Source: an uncultured Alphaproteobacteria bacterium
GTDB taxonomy: Bacteria > Pseudomonadota > Alphaproteobacteria > RF32 > CAG-239
Reading direction: 5' to 3'
Assembly: GCA_944390375.1 (NCBI GenBank)
Contig: CALXPZ010000101.1
Coordinates: forward strand, 1 to 61,282
DNA length: 61,282 bases
In this document: positions 17,986 to 25,290 of the stretch, in pieces
How the letters are laid out: each line of letters opens with the position of its first letter
Position numbering within the stretch: the stretch's first letter is position 1
Notes under the pieces: generated by a model
Told to the model about the DNA's origin: nothing
Databases searched by the model: none
What the model saw: only the letters and a program-made list of their open reading frames with translations
Position numbers and translations under genes: made by a program

Positions 17986-18327
17986 ATGTCCAAGTCAAAT
18001 ATGCCCCTGCCGGCCGCGCCGGTTGAAGATATCCGTCGGCAGATGCCCGGAGAAGAATTGCTTTTCGGTCTGTCCGATTTTTTCAAAGTGATGGGCGACC
18101 CGACGCGGATCAATATTTTGTGGGCGTTGGAAAAAACGGCGCTTTGCGTCAATGATCTGGCGGCCGTGCTCAATATGAGCAACTCGGCGGTTTCTCACCA
18201 GTTAAAAATTTTACGTGTCGCCAAACTGGTGCGCGCGGTCAAAAAGGGTAAAAACGTTTATTACGAACTCAACGACGACCATGTCCGCGTGATCTGGGAA
18301 AAGGCGCTGGAACATGTCTGCGAATAG
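17986..18327 (+). CDS. ArsR/SmtB-family metal-responsive repressor
   Basis: The winged-helix segment FKVMGDPTRINILWAL...CVNDLA..L.MS.SAVSHQLKILR is present. There are C-terminal DDH..H-type ligand candidates. Confidence 0.9.
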   Translation: MSKSNMPLPAAPVEDIRRQMPGEELLFGLSDFFKVMGDPTRINILWALEKTALCVNDLAAVLNMSNSAVSHQLKILRVAKLVRAVKKGKNVYYELNDDHVRVIWEKALEHVCE

Positions 18328-18675
18328 TCAGACCGCCTGCCGCCTGATCCATTCCATAATCACATTGACGATATAAGCCTGTTCCCCGGTGGAAAGTTCC
18401 CTGCCGGCGGGAATGCCGTGCCATTTGCAAAGGCAGCCGCGGCAGCAGGTTGCGGTTGCGTGCTGGGCGATAAAAACCGGATGCCCGCGCATCGGTGTCT
18501 GTTTGCCGTCATGGGCAGGCAGAGCCGGCGCCAGTCTGCGGGCAATAAAATCTTCGGCATGCCGGCGGATTGTATCCATGCCTTTTTGGCGGATATACTC
18601 AAGTTCTTTTTCTTTCAGCCGGAAACGGCTGCGGAAGCCGGAACGGGACAGACGGTCAAAAATATCTTCTTTCAT
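18328..18675 (-). CDS. DUF4186-domain protein
   Basis: The motif DGKQTPMRGHPVFIAQHATATCCRGCLCKWHGI is characteristic of DUF4186. The start is trimmed to ATG 18675 because a terminator lies inside the longer track ORF. Confidence 0.75.
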   Translation of the reverse strand: MKEDIFDRLSRSGFRSRFRLKEKELEYIRQKGMDTIRRHAEDFIARRLAPALPAHDGKQTPMRGHPVFIAQHATATCCRGCLCKWHGIPAGRELSTGEQAYIVNVIMEWIRRQAV

Positions 18676-18732
18676 AATGTCATCAACAGTAAAACGAATT
18701 AAAATTTTTGTAAAGGGAGAGGGCATTAAAAC

Positions 18733-18756
18733 AAAAAAAGCCCCGCAGACCGAGGC
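18733..18756 (-). terminator. Intrinsic terminator
   Basis: On the minus strand: GCCTCGGtctgCGGGGC hairpin plus T7. Confidence 0.5.
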
Positions 18757-18770
18757 TATTTTCATCATTG

Positions 18771-19034
18771 CTATTTTTTCAGTCTTTCCGCCGCTTCTAA
18801 TCCGATACCGACTGCCGTAAAAGCAAGCGCCAGAAAAGCGGAAACAAAAAGGCACGACAACAAAGTGCCGCTGCCAAAAAAAGGAAGAAAGACGGAAACA
18901 TAAGCAGCGCCCAGGCATACGGCGCTTAAAAGATACATAATCCGGGCGCTTTTCGGCAGTTCGTTTGAAAAGTCCGAACGGCATTCTTTCATCAGCGACA
19001 ATATCCGGATTACTTTTAATATATATGTTTTCAT
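18771..19034 (-). CDS. Small hypothetical membrane protein (2 predicted TM)
   Basis: Hydrophobic segments MYLLSAVCLGAAYVSVFLPFF and LLSCLFVSAFLALAFTAVGIG, followed by a terminator. The start is uncertain. Confidence 0.45.
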   Translation of the reverse strand: MKTYILKVIRILSLMKECRSDFSNELPKSARIMYLLSAVCLGAAYVSVFLPFFGSGTLLSCLFVSAFLALAFTAVGIGLEAAERLKK

Positions 19035-19100
19035 AAAAATAAAAAATTAAAAATAAAAAACCGTGAAATATAAAATAGAGGAAATATCCGTTTGTCAATA

Positions 19101-19129
19101 GACAAGCCCCGGTTTTTCCGGGGCTTGTC
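19101..19129 (-). terminator. 12-bp perfect hairpin downstream of the 19132-19950 gene
   Basis: GACAAGCCCCGG-ttttt-CCGGGGCTTGTC. The T-tract is weak. Confidence 0.5.
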
Positions 19130-19131
19130 GA

Positions 19132-19950
19132 TTACTCAAACGGAATGCTCCCATCGGCAATAATCTGCCGCATCAGGGCAACCGCGCGGTATCTTTCCCA
19201 ATCGCGGATAACATAAAGATATTCTTTATTGTCCCGCATTTCGTACACGCCTTGTGATGCCACGACATAGCAGAAATTCCGGTGTCCGTACAGACAGCCG
19301 AAAAGTCCCATATGCGTCAGGGAGTTTCTCAGCTCGTCGCAATATTTTGCAGGCACCAGTTTTGTGCGGAAAGGAATTTGAGAATGCTCTGCGCAGAAAG
19401 GATCCGGGCAGGACACATACAGCTTTTCGCCGCAGCTGATGATAACGGCAAAATTGCTGACAACCGGGATGTTGTTTTCGCTTTTATATACAAAAAAACT
19501 TTCTTTGCCTGCATGGGCAAAAACGATAACCGTCATAACAATCAGCGCCAGCCGTGTCAGCCAGCCGTTTCTCATCAGGTTTTTTCTTATGCCGCCGCTG
19601 AAGACGAATTCACCGAGGATTTCCATCCCGGCTCCCAGCAAAAAACCGAAACAGAGGTCAAACATCCTGCCGCCGGCCGGATCATTTGCATCAAGTCCGC
19701 CGCCGGAAACAAGTCCGTAAAAGCAGAAACAGACGGCCCAACAAAGAATGGTTGTGATAAAAGTAAGGATTTTATCAGCTTTGATCCTGGCCGAAACATA
19801 AAAAAAAGCTGCTCCCAAAGCTATTCCGAAGAGCATACCTAAAAAGTTTACAGTAAAAACCGGTATCATAATTGTAATTTTTAATGATATGAAAAATAAA
19901 ATTATTTGCATCAGAGAATATAAACTTTGACAAATTTTTGTCAGGTGCAA
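19132..19950 (-). CDS. Hypothetical polytopic membrane protein with Cys-rich soluble C-terminal domain
   Basis: About 5 hydrophobic helices, then a C-terminal ~110 aa containing CGEKLYVSCPDPFCAEH. The true start is probably ATG 19911 or 19869, because the track start is TTG. Confidence 0.6.
   Translation of the reverse strand: MHLTKICQSLYSLMQIILFFISLKITIMIPVFTVNFLGMLFGIALGAAFFYVSARIKADKILTFITTILCWAVCFCFYGLVSGGGLDANDPAGGRMFDLCFGFLLGAGMEILGEFVFSGGIRKNLMRNGWLTRLALIVMTVIVFAHAGKESFFVYKSENNIPVVSNFAVIISCGEKLYVSCPDPFCAEHSQIPFRTKLVPAKYCDELRNSLTHMGLFGCLYGHRNFCYVVASQGVYEMRDNKEYLYVIRDWERYRAVALMRQIIADGSIPFE
19928..19943. promoter_or_regulatory. Perfect 6-4-6 palindrome, candidate operator
   Basis: TGACAA-ATTT-TTGTCA lies in the divergent region between the membrane-protein gene and the XRE gene. 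Confidence 0.35.
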
Positions 19951-20203
19951 AATAAAACCGGCGGTTGCCGAAAAATCACCAAAAGAGATAAAACGGGAAA
20001 GTGGATTTTGTTATCCTCCCCCATATCGGTCGGCGCTGTTTAACACACTGATTGTGAACCGGAAATTACTTTTTGTTTCAAAGAATAAGTTTTGGTTCTG
20101 TCCTTTTTGTTTAAGCGTATTGAAGGCGCTGAAAAGAACGGAAACTCCGGTTGCATCTTCAAAAAAATATTACTAAATTTAGATTAAATAATCGTTTGGG
20201 GAC

Positions 20204-20932
20204 ATGCACATAATGACCGATGGTAATTTATCTTTTGAAACAGAAAAATGTCTGATTTTCGGCAAGGGGAACAAAGTCCGAAACCTGAGGATGCTCAAAA
20301 AGCTGACTCCCGGGGAATTGGCCGACCTGGCCGACGTTCCCGAAGAATATGTTGAATCGGTTGAACATCAAAAAACAGAACAGATAGATACAAATTTAAC
20401 ACAAATTGCCAATGCCTTAAATATTGATGTTGAATTGTTGCTGGATTCATCAATGTGTCTTGATAATCATGATATGTATTTACTGCATACCATACTGCAA
20501 AATCACAAAACAGAATTAAACCTTGCGCAGCTTCAAACGCAAATTATGAATTTGATAAATATTATTTTGTACAATAACCGAAAACATTGGGCTGAAATGC
20601 GTAAAAATTCCATTTCTGTCTTATGTAAATTTGAAAGAAGAAATTGCGCCCGCAACGCCAGAAAATCAAGAGATGAAAAATATGCTCCTTTTAGGGAATA
20701 TTTTAAGCAGGTGCAATATGAAAGATTTATGCAATATCATCGGGCCGGCAAAATGTTATCGGCCAATTCGTTTGCGATGTGGTATCTGGCGCACAAATCA
20801 GAGGAAATGCCGATCCCTTATGTAAAACAGAATATTGTCAATAAATTGGTGCAATTAGCGCAGAAAAATAACCGGGAATTCAAAAAGCTTCTACGCGTAG
20901 AAGCTGACGGCTCTGTCGTTGCGGCTGATTGA
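20204..20932 (+). CDS. XRE-family helix-turn-helix protein with unknown ~170-aa C-terminal domain
   Basis: HTH segment VRNLRMLKKLTPGELADLADVPEEYVESVEHQKTEQIDTNLTQIANALNIDVELLL. Confidence 0.8.
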   Translation: MHIMTDGNLSFETEKCLIFGKGNKVRNLRMLKKLTPGELADLADVPEEYVESVEHQKTEQIDTNLTQIANALNIDVELLLDSSMCLDNHDMYLLHTILQNHKTELNLAQLQTQIMNLINIILYNNRKHWAEMRKNSISVLCKFERRNCARNARKSRDEKYAPFREYFKQVQYERFMQYHRAGKMLSANSFAMWYLAHKSEEMPIPYVKQNIVNKLVQLAQKNNREFKKLLRVEADGSVVAAD

Positions 20933-20991
20933 TTCTGAGACGAAATATTTGTAATCTGTGCTCCTATGGATAACATTGACGGAGCAAGAAA

Positions 20992-21861
20992 ATGGACTAT
21001 GAAACATATAAAAGAAAAGTAATAGAAGAAGACGAGCGTGAGCGTTTGCGCGAACTTCAAAACAAATACAACGGAATGGAAACACCGAAATATTCGGATA
21101 TGAGTCTGCGGGATGAATTGCAAATAAGGTTTGATATGGACGAACTTAACGATTTGCAGCAAAAACACGGTGCGCAACAAATACTCGAATCGGAACAACA
21201 CTTCACAACACCGGCGTATAAAACCGGTTATATGATGCCAAACGGATCTCAACAACCGGTCTCTCGGCCTTCCGCCTGGAACAATGCCCTGCGTAAAGCA
21301 GAACAACTGACTACCGGAGCTTTGGACGGGGTAAGCCTTGGTTGGGCGGATGAGCTGGAAGGAGCGGCAAGCGCTGTCGGTTACGGATTGGCAAGCCTAA
21401 ATCCAAGCTGGAACAGGACAAACGAAAGTGTTTGGGACGCAATGAAACGGGGCTATGTCCAAGGGCGTGATAATCGGCGGCAGGTTTTGGCTGAGGGACT
21501 GCAGGAAAATCCCACGGCGACAACGGTTGCCCAAATGGTGGGAGCTTTCGCGTCGCCGATTAAGTCTTTTAGATATTCAAAAACGGCGCCTTTGTCAGTT
21601 AAAGATAAGCTAAACAAATATAATGCATATGCCAACGGTTTGATTTATGGTATTGGCTCGGGGCAGGACAGTTGGCAAAATTATGCCTGGCAAACGTTGA
21701 TTGGAATTTTAGGTAATAGAATAGGTTATCGTGCATCTCGGCAGGCTCTCGGTCGGGCAGCCAGCCCCTTAGGCCGAAGTATTTTCAACACATTAAGCGG
21801 CAGAGGGGTTGAAAGCGCTGTTGACAATATTCAAAATCAGTATCATACTTATAACAAGTAA
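20992..21861 (+). CDS. Hypothetical 289-aa protein: coiled-coil N-terminus and Gly/Ala/Ser-rich C-terminal half
   Basis: GGAG RBS 7 nt upstream. No signal peptide. The C-terminal half has small-residue, amphipathic stretches (GLIYGIGSGQDSW, LIGILGNRIGY). Confidence 0.7.
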   Translation: MDYETYKRKVIEEDERERLRELQNKYNGMETPKYSDMSLRDELQIRFDMDELNDLQQKHGAQQILESEQHFTTPAYKTGYMMPNGSQQPVSRPSAWNNALRKAEQLTTGALDGVSLGWADELEGAASAVGYGLASLNPSWNRTNESVWDAMKRGYVQGRDNRRQVLAEGLQENPTATTVAQMVGAFASPIKSFRYSKTAPLSVKDKLNKYNAYANGLIYGIGSGQDSWQNYAWQTLIGILGNRIGYRASRQALGRAASPLGRSIFNTLSGRGVESAVDNIQNQYHTYNK

Positions 21862-21883
21862 CAGTTGAAAAAAAAGGAAGGCG

Positions 21884-22186
21884 ATGCTTAAAATAGACAT
21901 CATGGCAATATTAAACTCAGTATTAAACACGATTGCGTTTATTGACAGTATTATTTTGGCTGGCTTTGCTTTATATGTGGTAGAGCGTAGCCCGGCATCG
22001 CCGATCCCGGCTTTAATATGTGCTTTTATACCTTTAGTCATTGATTCGATAATCTCGCATATTTTAATCAAAAACAAGCGGGAAGATTCTCCATATTTTA
22101 TTCCGGAACATAAATGGAAATACAATTTTCCTGTATTGGTAGGCATTCTCCTGATTATAATAGGAATCTATTTGTTTTATATGTAG
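21884..22186 (+). CDS. 100-aa three-TM protein, tandem paralog 1
   Basis: AAGGAAGG RBS and three hydrophobic helices. Confidence 0.75.
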   Translation: MLKIDIMAILNSVLNTIAFIDSIILAGFALYVVERSPASPIPALICAFIPLVIDSIISHILIKNKREDSPYFIPEHKWKYNFPVLVGILLIIIGIYLFYM

Positions 22187-22245
22187 AGGCACGACAGGAT
22201 GAAGAACAGCGGCAGGAAATCATATTTAATACAGGAGCTCAAACC

Positions 22246-22548
22246 ATGCTTAAAATAGACGTCATGGCAATATTAAACTCAGTATTAAACACGATTGCGT
22301 TTATTGACAGTATTATTTTGGCTGGCTTTGCTTTATATGTGGTAGAGCGTAGCCAGGCATCGCCGATCCCGGCTTTAATATGTCTTTTTATATCTTTTGT
22401 CGTTGATTCGATAATCTCGCATATTTTAATCAAAAACAAGCGGGAAGATTCTCTATATTTTACTCCGGAACATAAATGGAAATACAATTTTCCGATAGAT
22501 GTAGGTATTTTCCTGATTATAATAGGAATCTATTTGTTTTATATGTAG
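22246..22548 (+). CDS. 100-aa three-TM protein, tandem paralog 2
   Basis: AGGAG lies 8 nt before ATG 22246. The track ORF 22114 is an upstream read-through. It is nearly identical to paralog 1. Confidence 0.75.
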   Translation: MLKIDVMAILNSVLNTIAFIDSIILAGFALYVVERSQASPIPALICLFISFVVDSIISHILIKNKREDSLYFTPEHKWKYNFPIDVGIFLIIIGIYLFYM

Positions 22549-22607
22549 AGGCACGACAGTATGGAAAATAACGGCAGGAAATCACATTTAATATAGGAGC
22601 TCAAACC

Positions 22608-22907
22608 ATGATTAAAATAGACGTCATAACAATATTAAACTCAATATTAAAATATATTGCGTTTATTGATTGTATTATTTTGGCCGGCTTTGTTGTTTAT
22701 TTGGTAAATTTTAGCCAGGCATCGCCAATCCCGGCTTTTATATGTCTTTTTATACTTTTTGTCGTTGATTTGATAATCTTGCATATTTTAATCAAAAACA
22801 AGCGGGAAGATTCTCCATATTTTGCTCCGGGATATGGTTGGCAATATCATCTTCCGATAGATATAGGCGTTTTCCTGATTATGGCAGGAATCTATTTATT
22901 TCCTTAG
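22608..22907 (+). CDS. 99-aa three-TM protein, tandem paralog 3 (more diverged)
   Basis: It has the same RBS context (AGGAGCTCAAACCATG) and the same architecture. Confidence 0.75.
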   Translation: MIKIDVITILNSILKYIAFIDCIILAGFVVYLVNFSQASPIPAFICLFILFVVDLIILHILIKNKREDSPYFAPGYGWQYHLPIDIGVFLIMAGIYLFP

Positions 22908-22954
22908 CGGCGCGACAGTCTAAAATCGCGCGGCGTGCTACATTGTAAAAGAAA

Positions 22955-22985
22955 AACGACAGCACAAACAGCTGTCGTTTTCTGT
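22955..22985 (+). terminator. Intrinsic terminator closing the paralog array
   Basis: AACGACAGC-acaaaca-GCTGTCGTT hairpin plus TTCTGTT. It abuts the tRNA 3' end. Confidence 0.7.
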
Positions 22986-23061
22986 TGGTGAGCCCGACGG
23001 GATTCGAACCCATGACCCTTTGATTAAAAGTCAAATGCTCTACCAGCTGAGCTACGGGCCC
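22986..23061 (-). tRNA. tRNA-Lys (anticodon UUU), CCA encoded
   Basis: The reverse complement reads GGGCCCGTAGCTCAGCTGGTAGAGCATTTGACTTTTAATCAAAGGGTCATGGGTTCGAATCCCGTCGGGCTCACCA. It folds as a cloverleaf with a 7-bp acceptor stem, anticodon loop CTTTTAA and a GGTTCGAATCC T-arm. Confidence 0.95.
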
Positions 23062-23079
23062 GCTCACTTAACGAGCAAG

Positions 23080-23108
23080 GTATAATAGATAAAAAAAAGT
23101 TAGTCAAT
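23080..23108 (-). promoter_or_regulatory. Sigma70-like promoter of tRNA-Lys
   Basis: On the minus strand: TTGACT, 17 nt spacer, TTATAC, about 20 nt upstream of the tRNA 5' end. Confidence 0.35.
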
Positions 23109-23222
23109 AAAAAAATCAAAAAAAAATTAAAAATTATAAAAAATAGTTTATTTGTTAAGAATTGTATGTTATCATCCAACACAAATTTGATTATTAAACC
23201 TTGTTTTGAAGGATTGTTGGAG

Positions 23223-23537
23223 ATGTCAGAAACAAAGAATTCACAGCAGACCGGACGTTATGATATGCTGCAGAATGCTGCCGGCGAGATACTCATTATC
23301 ATCGAGTACCGCGAGGGCGGGCCCGAAAATCCCCGTTTGGTATATGACGGCGGCGATCAGGCTCTTCTCTACCGCAGCCGCGAAAGCGCTTTTATGCTGA
23401 ATTCTATTGCAGAGGAAGCGCGTATGCCTTTGAAATCGGTAAACGAAGTGCTTATGGTCGAAATTGAAAACGACGACGTCGCCAGAGAATATAAAGTTCC
23501 CGTCCGCGTGGTCAGAAATCTGCAGGCCTTGGCATAA
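23223..23537 (+). CDS. Small conserved hypothetical protein, paralog of 55154-55447
   Basis: PRLVYDGGDQALLYRSRESAFMLNSIAEEARMPLKSVNEVLMVEI aligns with PELVYNGSDAALLYRTASDVLVLDKLHEEAQKHLKQVSSVVIVEA. The start is uncertain (23166, 23223 or 23262). Confidence 0.6.
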   Translation: MSETKNSQQTGRYDMLQNAAGEILIIIEYREGGPENPRLVYDGGDQALLYRSRESAFMLNSIAEEARMPLKSVNEVLMVEIENDDVAREYKVPVRVVRNLQALA

Positions 23538-23567
23538 AAAAGCAAAAAAATATTCAACAAGTAACAG

Positions 23568-23598
23568 ATAAGGGCTTTAAAAGCCCTTATTTCTTGTT
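23568..23598 (+). terminator. Hairpin / weak terminator
   Basis: ATAAGGGCTT-taa-AAGCCCTTAT hairpin plus TTCTTGTT. Confidence 0.45.
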
Positions 23599-23634
23599 AT
23601 TATCGAACATAAATAATAAAACACGGAAAAATAA

Positions 23635-25290
23635 ATGCTGGTTAATCTGCTTGTTTTGATTTTGGGTGCAGGGTTGATCTCCGAGCTGGTTCCCAAAAAC
23701 CGCCTGCCGGTGCTGTGGTCGCTGTTTTCTTCGGCTGCGGTTCTTTATTTTATCTACAAACTGTCGCAGCTTGGGATGTCGCCGGACATCTACGTCAACT
23801 ATCCGTGGCTGAAAATCCCCAATTTGTCGATTAACCTGGAGATAGGCATAAATTCTCTCAATGTCTGCCTGGTTTTTGTTTTGCTGATTTTGGCGCTGCT
23901 GTCGCTGATGCAGAATACTTTTGGAACGGAAACGGCCAAAAATTCATTAAACGGGCTGATTTTGTTTAATCTGCTGTCGGCGTTGATGCTTGTTTTTGCC
24001 AACAACTATATCCAGATGCTGGTGGCTGTCGGCGCCTGCGATGTTTTGGTGTTCAGCACGATCAACAACGTCAATGCCAAAAAGAAATATATTTACGCCA
24101 ATTTTTTGGCCGACATCGGCCTGGTCAGCATTTTTGCCGTTATTCTCGGCCACGGCGGCGGGTTGGAGTTAAAAGATCTGGGGGATTACTCTCAGTTTGG
24201 TCATCACAAAGACTTTGTGGCGATTCTGCTGCTGCTTTGCATCTTTATAAAAAGCGGTTTGTTTTTATTCCACGGCACCTATACGGATATTGCCTCGCTC
24301 GGGTTCAACCGGCTTAATTTTGTTTTGTTTGCGGCCACGCCGCTGATCGGTTATCTGGTATTTTTAAAAACGGAAGCTCTTTTATCCATTTCGTCCTATT
24401 CTTACCCCTTGCTTAAAATGTTTTCGCTGGCGTCCGTCGCCTGGGGTGTTTTCGGCGTGCTGGCCATTGACCACATCAAACAAAAATCGGTGTATTTTGC
24501 GCTGATGTTCTGGGGGGCGGTTTATGCTTTTGCCGCTTTCGGCTGCCGGTTGGAAATTCTGGATTTTGCCGGTTTTCTTCTTTCCGCCTTTTTGTTCGGG
24601 CAGGTCTTGATGTTGTTTTACACGGCGGCGTCTAACGAAACCAACATTTCGGAAATGGGAGGTTTTATCAAAAACCTGAAATTTATGTTTGTCCTCTTGC
24701 TTGTGGTGCTGGCTGCATATTTTGATGTTTTGCTTTCTCTGCAAACAAAAAATATTTGGCTGACCTGGGCATACATTTTGTTGTTTTCTTTGGCGTCGGC
24801 CCATGTCTTGTCTCAAATTTTGCTGGGGGAGAGCAGAGCGGACGAGCGGGTGCAGGCCATGCTGAAAAATCCGTCTCCGGCGTTGTGGGGACCGGTTGCC
24901 GTAGCCGCGGCAATGCTCTGCTGGCATTTTCGCGAACAGTTTTTATGGCTTGCCGCCGTATCGGCTTGCTGGCTTATGTTGTTTATTTTCCGCCCGTTGC
25001 GGCGTCTGGATAAATGGTATGAAAACGAAGATCTTCAAGAGGCCGATTATTTCAGCACGGCATACGAACTGCTGATTATCACGCCGGTCAAGGTTATCGG
25101 GCGTTTGCTGTGGTTGGCGGTCGATTTTGTGTTTATTGAACGCACGATTATCAATTCCGTGCAAAATGCGCTGACATTTCTGATCTTTTTGCTGCGCCGT
25201 CTTCATTCGGGGACGACGCTTCGCTCGCTGCTGTTTGTGTTGTTTGGCTTTGCCGTTATTTATGCGGTATGGCGTTTCGGGGGCAGGTAA
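23635..25290 (+). CDS. NuoL-like (complex I / Mrp antiporter-like subunit), highly divergent
   Basis: 551 aa and polytopic. IKSGLFLFH corresponds to the KSAQFPLH motif. The C-terminal DYFSTAYELLIITPVKVIGRLLWLAVDFVFIERTIINSV resembles the NuoL lateral-helix region. Confidence 0.7.
   Translation: MLVNLLVLILGAGLISELVPKNRLPVLWSLFSSAAVLYFIYKLSQLGMSPDIYVNYPWLKIPNLSINLEIGINSLNVCLVFVLLILALLSLMQNTFGTETAKNSLNGLILFNLLSALMLVFANNYIQMLVAVGACDVLVFSTINNVNAKKKYIYANFLADIGLVSIFAVILGHGGGLELKDLGDYSQFGHHKDFVAILLLLCIFIKSGLFLFHGTYTDIASLGFNRLNFVLFAATPLIGYLVFLKTEALLSISSYSYPLLKMFSLASVAWGVFGVLAIDHIKQKSVYFALMFWGAVYAFAAFGCRLEILDFAGFLLSAFLFGQVLMLFYTAASNETNISEMGGFIKNLKFMFVLLLVVLAAYFDVLLSLQTKNIWLTWAYILLFSLASAHVLSQILLGESRADERVQAMLKNPSPALWGPVAVAAAMLCWHFREQFLWLAAVSACWLMLFIFRPLRRLDKWYENEDLQEADYFSTAYELLIITPVKVIGRLLWLAVDFVFIERTIINSVQNALTFLIFLLRRLHSGTTLRSLLFVLFGFAVIYAVWRFGGR

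Larger units (their letters stand above)
21884..22922 (+). repeat. Three tandem direct repeats, 362-bp period (gene plus spacer)
   Basis: The ATGs at 21884, 22246 and 22608 are exactly 362 nt apart. The spacers are also homologous (TAGAGGCACGACAG...GGCAGGAAATCA.ATTTAATA.AGGAGCTCAAACC). Confidence 0.9.

Noticed and set aside
21884-22907. Possibility that the three 100-aa 3-TM paralogs are diverged NuoK copies, since they have the same size and TM number and lie upstream of the NuoL-like gene.
   Set aside because: There is no sequence resemblance to NuoK, including no membrane-embedded Glu pair. They are separated from the nuoL-like gene by an opposite-strand tRNA, a terminator and another gene, and their composition differs from the nuo-like genes.
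19951-23061. Idea that the AT-rich block is a tRNA-Lys-integrated genomic island with att repeats.
   Set aside because: No integrase or recombinase gene is present, and I found no copy of the tRNA 3' segment (TGGTGAGCCCGACGGGATTCGAACC) at the distal side. GATTGTGAACC at ~20050 is only a chance partial match. Horizontal origin stays possible, but a classical integrative element is not supported.
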